Shown here: positions 10,562 through 19,098 of the stretch, one piece after another
Layout: each line of letters opens with the position of its first letter
Position numbering within the stretch: position 1 is the first letter of the stretch
Origin: an uncultured Flavobacteriaceae bacterium
GTDB lineage: Bacteria > Bacteroidota > Bacteroidia > Flavobacteriales > Flavobacteriaceae
Assembly (NCBI GenBank): GCA_964432535.1
Contig: CAYSNJ010000008.1
Coordinates: 1,588 to 65,587 of the forward strand
Direction: 5' to 3'
Length of the DNA: 64,000 bases
The notes under the pieces: model-generated
What the model was told of the DNA's origin: nothing
Database searches by the model: none
The model's input: only the letters and a program-made list of their open reading frames with translations
Translations under genes and position numbers: made by a program

Positions 10562-10639
10562 GGGCGCTTAGCTCAGTTGGTTCAGAGCATTTGGTTTACA
10601 CCCAAAGGGTCGGGGGTTCGAATCCCTCAGCGCCCACCA
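10562..10639 (+). tRNA. tRNA-Val (anticodon TAC), CCA encoded
   Basis: Hand-folded cloverleaf. Acceptor GGGCGCT/AGCGCCC, D stem GCTC/GAGC, anticodon stem TTTGG/CCAAA with loop TTTACAC, T arm GGGGG-TTCGAAT-CCCTC, then discriminator A and CCA. Confidence 0.93.
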
Positions 10640-10640
10640 A

Positions 10641-10682
10641 AGCGGAATCCATCTCATTATGAGTTAAGATTCCGCTTTTTTT
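10641..10682 (+). terminator. rho-independent terminator after tRNA-Val
   Basis: 9-bp stem AGCGGAATC (10641-49) / GATTCCGCT (10668-76), followed by a T-run at 10677-10682. Confidence 0.75.
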
Positions 10683-10718
10683 CTCTTAAATAATTCACTA
10701 AATAAAATAACTAAAACC

Positions 10719-11285
10719 ATGAAAAATAAAACTTTATTGCTTGTTGTCATACTAATAACTTCATTTGTTAAGGGTCAGAGTTTTACTCTCAATAACTCTG
10801 AAAGTAAATTGAAGTGGACCGGAAAAGAAATAACAACAAAAGAGCACTATGGTTCAATTGATTTTAAATCAGGAACAATTACTCTTAAGGATAACCAACC
10901 AGTATATGGTAAGTTTATAGTTGACATGATAACTTTAAAAAATGAAGATTTACCCGAAGACTATCGAGGAAGACTTGAAGGTCATTTGAAATCAGATGAT
11001 TTTTTCTCAGTAGATAAATTTTCAGAAGCTATTTTAGAATTTACTACTTCATCATTTAAAAACTCAGAAGAATATAATATCAAAGGTAATTTAACAATTA
11101 AAGGCACTACTCATCCTGTAGATTTTACTATGAATTTTATTGATAATCACTGGAAGGCTAATCTTGTTTTTGATAGATCAAAGTATGATGTAAAATTTCG
11201 TTCCGGTAGCTTCTTTGAAAATTTAGGTGATAAATTGATTTACGATGACATAATTATCGAAACAGAACTAAAATTTAATAGATAA
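10719..11285 (+). CDS. YceI-like periplasmic polyisoprenoid-binding protein
   Basis: 188 aa with a signal peptide. The ...KWTGKEITTKEHYGSIDFKSG... and ...IKGNLTIKGTTHPV... segments are typical of the YceI family. Confidence 0.75.
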   Translation: MKNKTLLLVVILITSFVKGQSFTLNNSESKLKWTGKEITTKEHYGSIDFKSGTITLKDNQPVYGKFIVDMITLKNEDLPEDYRGRLEGHLKSDDFFSVDKFSEAILEFTTSSFKNSEEYNIKGNLTIKGTTHPVDFTMNFIDNHWKANLVFDRSKYDVKFRSGSFFENLGDKLIYDDIIIETELKFNR

Positions 11286-11345
11286 TTCTTAGTTTGAGCT
11301 TTACCCCCAAAAAATAATGAATTTAAATATTTAAACTTTTTTTAG

Positions 11346-11361
11346 ATTTAGATATCTAAAT
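11346..11361. promoter_or_regulatory. 16-bp perfect palindrome ATTTAGATATCTAAAT upstream of the ECF sigma gene
   Basis: Read directly. It lies 24 nt upstream of the ATG at 11385. The function (operator?) is inferred only. Confidence 0.3.
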
Positions 11362-11384
11362 AATATTCAATATTTTTATTTGAC

Positions 11385-11933
11385 ATGAATAAATACACCG
11401 ATGAAGAACTATTGGTAATGTTTAAAAATCCTGAAAAGATTAATTACGTGTTTAATTACATAATTAATCTTTATCAGAAAAGAATTTATTGGCATATTAG
11501 AAAGATACTTATTTCTCACGATGACACTAACGATGTAACTCAAAATACTTTTATAAAAGTATTTAAAAATTTAAAAGGTTTTAAAGGTGAGTCATCAATT
11601 TTTACCTGGATATATAGAATTGCAACAAACGAATCCTTAACATTTTTAAAAAAAAATAAAAAACATTATTTTGAATCATTAGACAATGTTTCCTCAAGTT
11701 TATCTATAAAACTTACGTCTGACATTTATTTTGATGGTGACAAAGCTCAAATTATGCTTCAAGAAGCAATTTTGAAATTACCAACTAAGCAAAGAATAGT
11801 TTTTAATATGAGATATTTTGATAATATGAAATTCGAGCAAATTTCTCAAGTTTTAGGGACATCAGTGGGTGCGTTAAAAGCAAATTATCACCATGCAAAA
11901 AATAAAATTGAACTTTATTTAAAAATAAATTAA
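11385..11933 (+). CDS. ECF-type RNA polymerase sigma-70 family factor
   Basis: 182 aa with region 2 (...DVTQNTFIKVFKNL...FTWIYRIATNESL...) and a region 4 HTH (...RIVFNMRYFDNMKFEQISQVLGTSVGALKANYHHAKNKI...). Confidence 0.9.
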   Translation: MNKYTDEELLVMFKNPEKINYVFNYIINLYQKRIYWHIRKILISHDDTNDVTQNTFIKVFKNLKGFKGESSIFTWIYRIATNESLTFLKKNKKHYFESLDNVSSSLSIKLTSDIYFDGDKAQIMLQEAILKLPTKQRIVFNMRYFDNMKFEQISQVLGTSVGALKANYHHAKNKIELYLKIN

Positions 11934-11963
11934 ACCTTTAGATAAATAATTAATCTATAATAT

Positions 11964-12359
11964 ATGAAACAAAATACTGATGCTGAGATGTTTAAAAATA
12001 AATCTCCTTTTAATGTTCCAGAGAATTACTTTTTTGATTTAAAAAATGACATACAGTTAAAGACTGAAAATTTAAACTCTGGTATTGAATTAAAAAACTT
12101 TTTTAATATAAATGCTGGATTTTCAGCACTGGTTTGTGTTTCCATACTACTTATAATATTTAACTACTTTATTAGTTCACAAAAAAAAAGTTTTATTATG
12201 TCAAGTAATGAAATTTATACACAATTTGAGAATTCTGAACTGTTAAACATTGACGAAGAATTTTTATTTGAATTTGTTCCTGAAGACGATTATGTTTTTT
12301 CTGATGAAATTGAATATCTAATTGATAATAATGCCGATTATAATTTAATAATTGAATAA
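11964..12359 (+). CDS. hypothetical single-TM protein, putative anti-sigma factor
   Basis: 131 aa with a central hydrophobic helix (GFSALVCVSILLIIFNYF). The call rests on its position directly after the ECF sigma gene and has no motif support. Confidence 0.4.
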   Translation: MKQNTDAEMFKNKSPFNVPENYFFDLKNDIQLKTENLNSGIELKNFFNINAGFSALVCVSILLIIFNYFISSQKKSFIMSSNEIYTQFENSELLNIDEEFLFEFVPEDDYVFSDEIEYLIDNNADYNLIIE

Positions 12360-12375
12360 TAAATAAACTTTTGAC

Positions 12376-12864
12376 ATGAATAAATTCAAGTATTTTCTGA
12401 TATTTTTTTTACCACTTTTAATCTTCTCTCAAGACAAGAATAATATCGACATAAAAGAAAAGAGGAGAAATATTCAAGCCTGGAAAATTGCCTTTATTTC
12501 TGATAAATTAAAATTCTCCCCAGAACAAGCTCAGATTTTTTGGCCGGTGTATAATAAATATAGTTCTGAAGTTGATGAAGTGCGTGACAGTGCTAAAAGT
12601 ATAATGAGAAATTATAAAAAGAATAAATCTTTAATGAGTGAGACTGAATTAGGCGGTATGATAGATAATAAACTTAAAACAGATCAGCTATATTTAGAAT
12701 TAAAAATAAAATATGTTAAGGACTTTAATGAAATTATTTCAAACAGTCAGTTAATTGAATTGTATAATGCTGAAGAGGGTTTTAAGAGAGAGGTACTAAG
12801 AGAGATTAGAAAAGGAGGAAAAAGAAAATATTATGACCCACCACCTCCTCCAATCAATAATTGA
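12376..12864 (+). CDS. secreted helical protein of the sigma/anti-sigma trio (periplasmic sensor/chaperone-like), poly-Pro C-terminus
   Basis: 162 aa with a signal peptide, Lys/Glu-rich helices and a C-terminal DPPPPPINN. The function is inferred from context only. Confidence 0.4.
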   Translation: MNKFKYFLIFFLPLLIFSQDKNNIDIKEKRRNIQAWKIAFISDKLKFSPEQAQIFWPVYNKYSSEVDEVRDSAKSIMRNYKKNKSLMSETELGGMIDNKLKTDQLYLELKIKYVKDFNEIISNSQLIELYNAEEGFKREVLREIRKGGKRKYYDPPPPPINN

Positions 12865-12871
12865 TTAAATT

Positions 12872-13657
12872 TTATTTTCTTGACTTTTTAAAGATAGAGG
12901 ACATTTTATCTTTTTCTTCTTCTGCAAGTTTTTCGTCAACTAGAATCCTCCCACTGTGTTCGTCCCTAATTATTTTGTCACGAGAAGCAATTTCCATTTG
13001 AGTTTGAGGAGGTATTTTAAAATAAGAACCTCCAGCTGAACCTCTTTCAACAGAAACAATTGCCAATCCATTTCTCACACTTGATCTAATCTTATTGTAA
13101 GAGTGCATTAAGTGTTCTTCAATGTTTTCAGAAAATTCTTTTGATTTTTTTAATAGTACTTTTTCTTCTTTTTCAGTTTCACTCATAATTGAGCTAAGTT
13201 CTTCATTCTTTGCTACTAAATGAGCGGACCTTTCATCTAGTTTAACCTGAAATTCCTCAACACTTATTGTTTTTTGTTCGGATTTCGCATTAAACTCTCT
13301 AATTTTTTTTTCAGCTAATTCAATTTCTAATTTCTGGAACTCTTGTTCTTTTTGGATAGAATTGTATTCTCTATTATTTCTAACATTTTTAAGATTTATC
13401 TCATATTTTTTATCTGCTTCTTTTGCGACTTCGATATTATTTTTTTGAAGTGCAACTTCATCTTGGAAATCTTTAAGTTCTAACTTCAAACTATCTAACC
13501 TAGTTGTAAGACCTGCTATTTCATTCTCTAAATCCTCAACTTCTAAGGGTAATTCCCCTCTAACACTTCTGATTTCATCTATTCGAGAATCTATTAGTTG
13601 AAGATCAAATAGAGATCTAAGTTTTTTTTCTACTGAAATTTCTTTTTTCTTGGTCAT
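12872..13657 (-). CDS. COG1579-type coiled-coil protein with degenerate (cysteine-free) zinc-ribbon C-terminus
   Basis: 261 aa with a long coiled coil. The C-terminal ...GSAGGSYFKIPPQ...DEHSGRILV aligns by eye with the CxxC...CxxC ribbon of this family, but the protein contains no Cys. Its conserved partner nif3 is adjacent. Confidence 0.65.
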   Translation of the reverse strand: MTKKKEISVEKKLRSLFDLQLIDSRIDEIRSVRGELPLEVEDLENEIAGLTTRLDSLKLELKDFQDEVALQKNNIEVAKEADKKYEINLKNVRNNREYNSIQKEQEFQKLEIELAEKKIREFNAKSEQKTISVEEFQVKLDERSAHLVAKNEELSSIMSETEKEEKVLLKKSKEFSENIEEHLMHSYNKIRSSVRNGLAIVSVERGSAGGSYFKIPPQTQMEIASRDKIIRDEHSGRILVDEKLAEEEKDKMSSIFKKSRK

Positions 13658-13658
13658 A

Positions 13659-14441
13659 CTAAAAATATTTAACTGGATTAGTGTTTGTGTTTGCTAAAAC
13701 GATCGCAAAATTAGGGAATTTTTTCCGAAGATAATCATGTATTAAATTTTTTGTAAACTGTTCGCTTTCATAGTGTCCAATATCAATTAAAACTATCTCG
13801 TCGTTGGCTTCAAAAAAATTATGATATTTAAGATCTGCTGTTAAAAACACCTCTGCATGTTGTTCTATTGCGTCTTGTATAGCAAATGATCCGGATCCAC
13901 CTAGTACGGCAACTTTTCTTATTTTTTTATTAAGTAATTTGCTATGCCTCAGGAAGCCTGATTTCATTCTATTTTTTATAAATTCTAAAAACTTGTTCTC
14001 TTCCATTGGTGTTTTTAATTCTCCTATTCTTCCCATTCCTAGGAGTTTATTTTCTTTTTTGGGTATAAGTATTTGAGATTTTTCTAAACCAATTTTTTCT
14101 GAAATTTTATAATTAACTCCTTTTTCATGGTTGTCTAATGAAGTATGAATGGAGTAGATTGAAATTTTATTTAGTATTGATTTAATGACTATTTTTTCAA
14201 CATAACTATTTGCTGTTATCTTTTTTAATCCTTTAAAAATTATAGGATGGAAGCTTATAATTAGATTGCAGTTTTTAGCTATTGCTTCATTTAAAACTTC
14301 TTCTGTTGTGTCAAGGGATATAATGACTCCTTTTAAATCCACACTAGAGTCTCCCACTAAAAGCCCAACGTTATCAAAATCCTCAGCTTGGGAGGGTGGT
14401 GACCACTTTTCGATAGTATCAATAAAATCTTGGATTTTCAT
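13659..14441 (-). CDS. Nif3-like dinuclear metal centre protein (YbgI family)
   Basis: 260 aa with ...DFDNVGLLVGD..., ...IISFHPIIFKG... and ...IDIGHYESEQ... motifs typical of NIF3. Confidence 0.85.
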   Translation of the reverse strand: MKIQDFIDTIEKWSPPSQAEDFDNVGLLVGDSSVDLKGVIISLDTTEEVLNEAIAKNCNLIISFHPIIFKGLKKITANSYVEKIVIKSILNKISIYSIHTSLDNHEKGVNYKISEKIGLEKSQILIPKKENKLLGMGRIGELKTPMEENKFLEFIKNRMKSGFLRHSKLLNKKIRKVAVLGGSGSFAIQDAIEQHAEVFLTADLKYHNFFEANDEIVLIDIGHYESEQFTKNLIHDYLRKKFPNFAIVLANTNTNPVKYF

Positions 14442-14482
14442 TTACATACTTATTTTACAAATATAGTATTATCTTTCAGGAG

Positions 14483-15514
14483 ATGAAATTGATTCGATTA
14501 TTACTAGCTCCTTTTGCAATTTTATACGGCTTAATATCGTTAATCCGAAATGAATTGTTTAATGTAAAATTTTTTAAAAGTTATTCTACTTCTATTTCAT
14601 CAATTGGGGTTGGAAATTTATCTATTGGAGGTACCGGTAAATCGATAGTCGTAGATTATTTAATTTTTTTATTTCAGTCAAATTATTCTATTGCAGTTTT
14701 AAGCAGAGGCTATGGTAGAAAATCATCTGGATTTAAAATAGCTAATTCTTCGAGTTTAGCAATTGAAATTGGTGACGAACCCTATCAATATTATAAAAAA
14801 TATCCAAATATTAAAGTAACTGTTGGAGAAGATAGGGTTAGAGCTGTAAAAGAAATATTAAAGTTTGATCCTAAAATCAATTTACTTCTACTTGACGATA
14901 TTATGCAACATAGGTGGATATCAACAACTCACCTCATACTTACTACAACTTATTCAAGCCCTTTTTTTAATGACAGGATTATGCCCTTAGGGATGTTAAG
15001 AGAGCATCCAGTCGGAAAAAAAAGAGCCCAGACTATACTAGTAACTAAATGTCCCAAAAATCTTTCAGAGGCTAACAAACTAAGTTTTATTAAAAAATGT
15101 GATCTTTTGACTAGTCAAGAAATTTTTTTCACTAAAATAGGTTACTCTAATTCAATACAGAATAATCTGAACAAATTAAATTTCGATATTCTTAAAAAAG
15201 AGAAAATTGTATTAGTTACAGGAATAGCTGATTCTAAACCGTTGGTAGAATTTCTTAATTCAAAAAATATATTGTTCACACACATGAAATATAAAGATCA
15301 TTTTAATTATGATTTAAATGCTGTAAGTAAAATAAAAAGAGAGGCAAATCATTCATTAATTCTTACAACCGAAAAAGACTTTGGAAGACTTTCTCCTATA
15401 TTAAAGTCAAAAAAACTTTTTTATATAAGTGTTAGTTTAGAGTTCTTTTCTTTTAACGATAAAAAAGATTTTAATGAAAGAATAATGACTTCTGTTGGCA
15501 AAAAAGAGTCTTAG
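14483..15514 (+). CDS. lpxK: tetraacyldisaccharide 4'-kinase
   Basis: 343 aa with an N-terminal membrane helix and the P-loop GNLSIGGTGKS, both characteristic of LpxK. Confidence 0.88.
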   Translation: MKLIRLLLAPFAILYGLISLIRNELFNVKFFKSYSTSISSIGVGNLSIGGTGKSIVVDYLIFLFQSNYSIAVLSRGYGRKSSGFKIANSSSLAIEIGDEPYQYYKKYPNIKVTVGEDRVRAVKEILKFDPKINLLLLDDIMQHRWISTTHLILTTTYSSPFFNDRIMPLGMLREHPVGKKRAQTILVTKCPKNLSEANKLSFIKKCDLLTSQEIFFTKIGYSNSIQNNLNKLNFDILKKEKIVLVTGIADSKPLVEFLNSKNILFTHMKYKDHFNYDLNAVSKIKREANHSLILTTEKDFGRLSPILKSKKLFYISVSLEFFSFNDKKDFNERIMTSVGKKES

Positions 15515-16464
15515 TTTATATGTTTGTGTGCTTTATAAGAAGATCTAACTAACGGACCACTCTCAACATGTCGAAAACCAAGATTTAATGCATAGTCCTC
15601 GTATTTCTTGAACATTTCCGGAGTTACAAATGAAGTGACAGGAAGATGTTTTTTACTTGGCTGCAAGTATTGCCCCATGGTTACCACATCTACATTAGCT
15701 TTAATCAAATCATCTAGTGTTTCATAAACTTCATTTTCATTTTCACCCAACCCAAGCATTATTCCTGATTTGGTTCTTTTGACTCCTTTTTTCTTTAAAT
15801 AAGATAGGACTTCAAGACTTCTATCATATTTAGCCTGAATTCTAACGTGACGGGTTAATCTTCTGACTGTTTCAACATTATGAGAAACAACCTCAGGAGA
15901 AACACTAACTATTCTATTTATAATATTATGTTTTCCTTGAAAATCGGGAATTAAGGTTTCTAGGGTGGTTTCTGGATTTAATCTTCTAATTGCATTAACT
16001 GTTTCGGCCCAAATAATTGAACCCATATCCTTGAGGTCATCTCGGTCCACTGAGGTTATTACGGCGTGCTTAATTTGCATCTTCTTAATGGATTGAGCTA
16101 CCTTTTCAGGTTCCTCCCAATCTACTTGGGATGGCCTACCAGTTTTGACACCACAAAAACCACAGGATCTTGTACAGATATTACCCAAAATCATGAAAGT
16201 TGCAGTTCCTTCTGCCCAGCATTCTCCCATATTCGGACAACTTCCTGAGGTACAAATAGTATTAAGTTTGTACTTGTCAACTAAAGTTCTTAAATCATTA
16301 TATTTTTTACCTGTTGGAAGTTTAACTCTTATCCATTTTGGCTTTGATATTCTATTTTGATTTTCAGAAGGAGTTTTATTTGTGTTTTTATTGGGAAGAG
16401 AAATTTTATTCCATTTTATTTCTTTTACTTCAGCATTTTTTTTCTCTAAGATATCCAATTTCAA
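15511..16464 (-). CDS. lipA: lipoyl synthase (apparent TTG start)
   Basis: 317 aa with CPNMGECW and radical-SAM CTRSCGFC motifs. The first in-frame ATG lies inside the conserved core, so a non-ATG start (TTG at 16464) is required. Confidence 0.92.
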   Translation of the reverse strand: MKLDILEKKNAEVKEIKWNKISLPNKNTNKTPSENQNRISKPKWIRVKLPTGKKYNDLRTLVDKYKLNTICTSGSCPNMGECWAEGTATFMILGNICTRSCGFCGVKTGRPSQVDWEEPEKVAQSIKKMQIKHAVITSVDRDDLKDMGSIIWAETVNAIRRLNPETTLETLIPDFQGKHNIINRIVSVSPEVVSHNVETVRRLTRHVRIQAKYDRSLEVLSYLKKKGVKRTKSGIMLGLGENENEVYETLDDLIKANVDVVTMGQYLQPSKKHLPVTSFVTPEMFKKYEDYALNLGFRHVESGPLVRSSYKAHKHIN

Positions 16465-16489
16465 TTTTTTTCAAATATACAAAACTTCT

Positions 16490-17701
16490 CTATATAGTAA
16501 GTAAATATCCTACCGTGAAACTTGTCAGAAAAAGAAGACCTAACCAGCTAAATAAAACAAAATGTTTATTTGGTTGAAACTTTTTAGGCATATAATCACT
16601 AGTTACTAACCTTAAATTAGCCCAAGCAAAGAAAGGGGTAGTCAAAAAAGATAAAACTGTAGCTATTTGTACTAAAACCCCCATTTCAGATTGAAAAAAA
16701 ACAAAGATTGCTATAGTTCCAAATGCTAGTAGAAACAGAAAATGCAAATAGAAATCTCTTTTCTGATTAAATAAAATCTGCAAAGTTTTTGAAAACGCTC
16801 TTGGTGAAGCGTCTAGAGTTGTAATTGTTGTACTAAACATAGTTGTTAATGCTGCTAGCGAGATAATACTAGCTGAAGAAACACCTAGGTTTTTAGTGTA
16901 CAACTCAATTAATTGACTTGCAAATGGTAAACCTTGATTTGAAAATGTAATATTTGAATTATACATAACTAAAGCTCCTAAACCCATAAAGCAAATCCCT
17001 AAGAATATTGTTGTACCATATCCTACATTGAAATCAAATAAACTTTCTTCGAGATTTATGTTAGTTGAATTTTTTTGTTTTTCAACTGACCAAATTGAAT
17101 GCCAAATCGAAATATCCATAGGTGCTGGCATCCATCCCATAAAAGCAATTAAAAACAACAAACCTGTTCCTTCTGGTAAAATTTGTTTAAATGGAGGAAA
17201 TGTATTTGATTTGGTGAATGCAATTGTGAAAGCTAATATTGTGCATATGGAAAGAATGATGATGATAAACTTCATTAGATTATCCAATAACTGGTATTTA
17301 CCAATAACTAATAAAACAGAACAAATTATTATTATTATCGAAGCCCAAATAATGGGGTTCAAAGCGATACCAAAAAAATGTGAAGCGAGACCTGCAGTTA
17401 CTATTGTCACCGCTGCTTGAATAGTAAACATGTTTGCAATATTTAATATTGCATAGCCCCATAAATATCCTTTACCAAGCTTAGCGTATCCATCTAGAAG
17501 TGTTTCACCAGTTGCAACTGCATATCTTGGGCCAAATTCAAAAAAAGGATATTTGAAAATATTTATAAGGATAAATGCCCAAAGTAAACTCCACCCATAA
17601 TCAGCTCCGGCTCTAGTGGAGTATACAAGATGAGAAACTCCAATTGCTGCGCCGGCAAAAAGAAGGCCAGGACCTAATTTTTTTAAATTATTCATTTTCA
17701 T
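16490..17701 (-). CDS. NRAMP-family divalent metal (Mn2+/Fe2+) transporter
   Basis: 403-aa polytopic protein. The N-terminal ...GPGLLFAGAAIGVSHLV... segment is typical of bacterial Nramp homologues. Its start overlaps the upstream sigma gene by 14 nt. Confidence 0.8.
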   Translation of the reverse strand: MKMNNLKKLGPGLLFAGAAIGVSHLVYSTRAGADYGWSLLWAFILINIFKYPFFEFGPRYAVATGETLLDGYAKLGKGYLWGYAILNIANMFTIQAAVTIVTAGLASHFFGIALNPIIWASIIIIICSVLLVIGKYQLLDNLMKFIIIILSICTILAFTIAFTKSNTFPPFKQILPEGTGLLFLIAFMGWMPAPMDISIWHSIWSVEKQKNSTNINLEESLFDFNVGYGTTIFLGICFMGLGALVMYNSNITFSNQGLPFASQLIELYTKNLGVSSASIISLAALTTMFSTTITTLDASPRAFSKTLQILFNQKRDFYLHFLFLLAFGTIAIFVFFQSEMGVLVQIATVLSFLTTPFFAWANLRLVTSDYMPKKFQPNKHFVLFSWLGLLFLTSFTVGYLLTI

Positions 17702-18236
17702 CTAATTTTTCTCCTAAAAGTTTTTTTGCTCTTAGAATTTTAACTTTAATAGTATTAAGTGGTTGATTAAGTTCTTTACTTATTTCTTTATAGCTGTAAT
17801 CTTCGAAAAATCGAAGCTGTAAAATTTTCCTATATTCCTTTCTCAAACTTTTAATTGTATTTAGAATTTTATTGAGATTTTGATTATTTATCATTCCCTG
17901 TTCAGGGCTAGGAGTATCGTCAGCGATTAGATTAGTTTTAGAATCATCCATATTGCCATACTGAATATTCTTTAAAGATTTTTCTTTTCTAATCTGATCT
18001 ACATGTAAGTTTTTGGATATTGTGATTAGCCATGTTTTGAAACTAAATTTTGGATCAAACGACTCTAGCTTATCAAAGGCTTTTGTAAATGTTTGGATTG
18101 ATATTTCTTCGGCTATTTGTGTATTACCGCAACGTTTGAGTTGAAAGTTATATATGTATTCCCAATTTAAATCAAACAAAACTTGAAATGCCTTTTGATC
18201 ATTTTTTTTTGCTTGAAAAATCAGTTCTTTTTCCAT
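17688..18236 (-). CDS. ECF-type RNA polymerase sigma factor
   Basis: 182 aa with region 2 (...FKTWLITISKNLHVDQIR...) and region 4 (...LQLRFFEDYSYKEISKELNQPLNTIKVKILRAKKLL...). Confidence 0.9.
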   Translation of the reverse strand: MEKELIFQAKKNDQKAFQVLFDLNWEYIYNFQLKRCGNTQIAEEISIQTFTKAFDKLESFDPKFSFKTWLITISKNLHVDQIRKEKSLKNIQYGNMDDSKTNLIADDTPSPEQGMINNQNLNKILNTIKSLRKEYRKILQLRFFEDYSYKEISKELNQPLNTIKVKILRAKKLLGEKLDENE

Positions 18237-18257
18237 ATAATTTTTCCGAAACGAACT

Positions 18258-18464
18258 CTAATTAACTTGAGGATCGATATTTTTACAGTCTTGATCTTTT
18301 GGAAGTTTGCCACACATACCGCATGGTTCATCATTTTTATTCAGAAAAGGACTTTGACTAGCACAGGTTCCAGCAAACTCACCATTTTTTTTTGCCCAAA
18401 TTTTTATTGCTATTCCAGCAAAACAAAGACCTAAAAAAAAGAACGTTAATAAAAATAGTTTCAT
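18258..18464 (-). CDS. Cys-rich single-TM miniprotein (68 aa); possible NqrM-like or metal-binding factor
   Basis: N-terminal hydrophobic helix, then KK, then a tail with C-x13-C-x2-C-x8-C (GTCASQSPFLNKNDEPCGMCGKLPKDQDC). It lies 21 nt upstream of the sigma gene on the same strand. The overlapping plus-strand ORF looks like junk. Confidence 0.6.
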   Translation of the reverse strand: MKLFLLTFFFLGLCFAGIAIKIWAKKNGEFAGTCASQSPFLNKNDEPCGMCGKLPKDQDCKNIDPQVN

Positions 18465-18514
18465 TTTGTAAAGATATAAAAATCAGCTAATGCTAACATG
18501 CTTAATTAATTACA

Positions 18515-19015
18515 TTAAATAATTAAATATTTATAGTTCCATATTTCGAAAAAGTATATTAAAATAAACATACATGTTATTGAAAATTTTAAAAAAAATC
18601 CACCTATCATACTAATAATTGTATGCATTGAAGCTTTAATTGCGGATATTATATCCCCACCATTACTAAATAACTCACCAATAAACGCTCCTAAAAATGG
18701 TCCAATTATCAATCCGAAAGGACCTAAAAAGATAATTCCAATTGCTAATCCAATAATGGTTCCAAGAATTCCATTTTTAGATCCGCCAAACACTTTTGCT
18801 CCTATTATTGGGATAAAATAATCAATCACAAAAACTATTACAGATACTATAAAAGTTGTAATCAGGATTGTTTTATTTAAAGTAACACCCTCATGTTGGT
18901 ATAAAAATAAAAACCCAAACCAGGATGATAATGGTCCAGGTATTAACGGAATGAAACATCCAATAAGTCCCAAAAACATCATTATAAAACTTAAAATTAA
19001 ATAAAGAAGATCCAT
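18515..19015 (-). CDS. DUF456-like small integral membrane protein
   Basis: 166 aa, almost entirely hydrophobic, with Gly-rich helices (GPFGLIIGPFLGAFIGE). Confidence 0.6.
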   Translation of the reverse strand: MDLLYLILSFIMMFLGLIGCFIPLIPGPLSSWFGFLFLYQHEGVTLNKTILITTFIVSVIVFVIDYFIPIIGAKVFGGSKNGILGTIIGLAIGIIFLGPFGLIIGPFLGAFIGELFSNGGDIISAIKASMHTIISMIGGFFLKFSITCMFILIYFFEIWNYKYLII

Positions 19016-19098
19016 TATTATTTTTTATAAAACTAAACTATAAAAAATAGAGTTCAAGTAAAAGTTGTAATTTAGAATTCATAAATTTTTTTAAAAAA

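Noticed and set aside
16066-16577. Three plus-strand ORFs (60-79 aa) across lipA and the lipA/NRAMP junction
   Set aside because: They are antisense to lipA and the NRAMP 3' end and have no supporting signals.
17028-17420. 130-aa plus-strand ORF inside the NRAMP gene
   Set aside because: It is antisense to a well-supported transporter CDS and its composition looks like reverse-frame noise.
18183-18434. 83-aa plus-strand ORF overlapping the Cys-rich miniprotein gene and the sigma gene start
   Set aside because: It starts inside the sigma gene on the opposite strand and translates to implausible sequence. The minus-strand 68-aa ORF has a coherent TM-plus-Cys-tail architecture and operon context.
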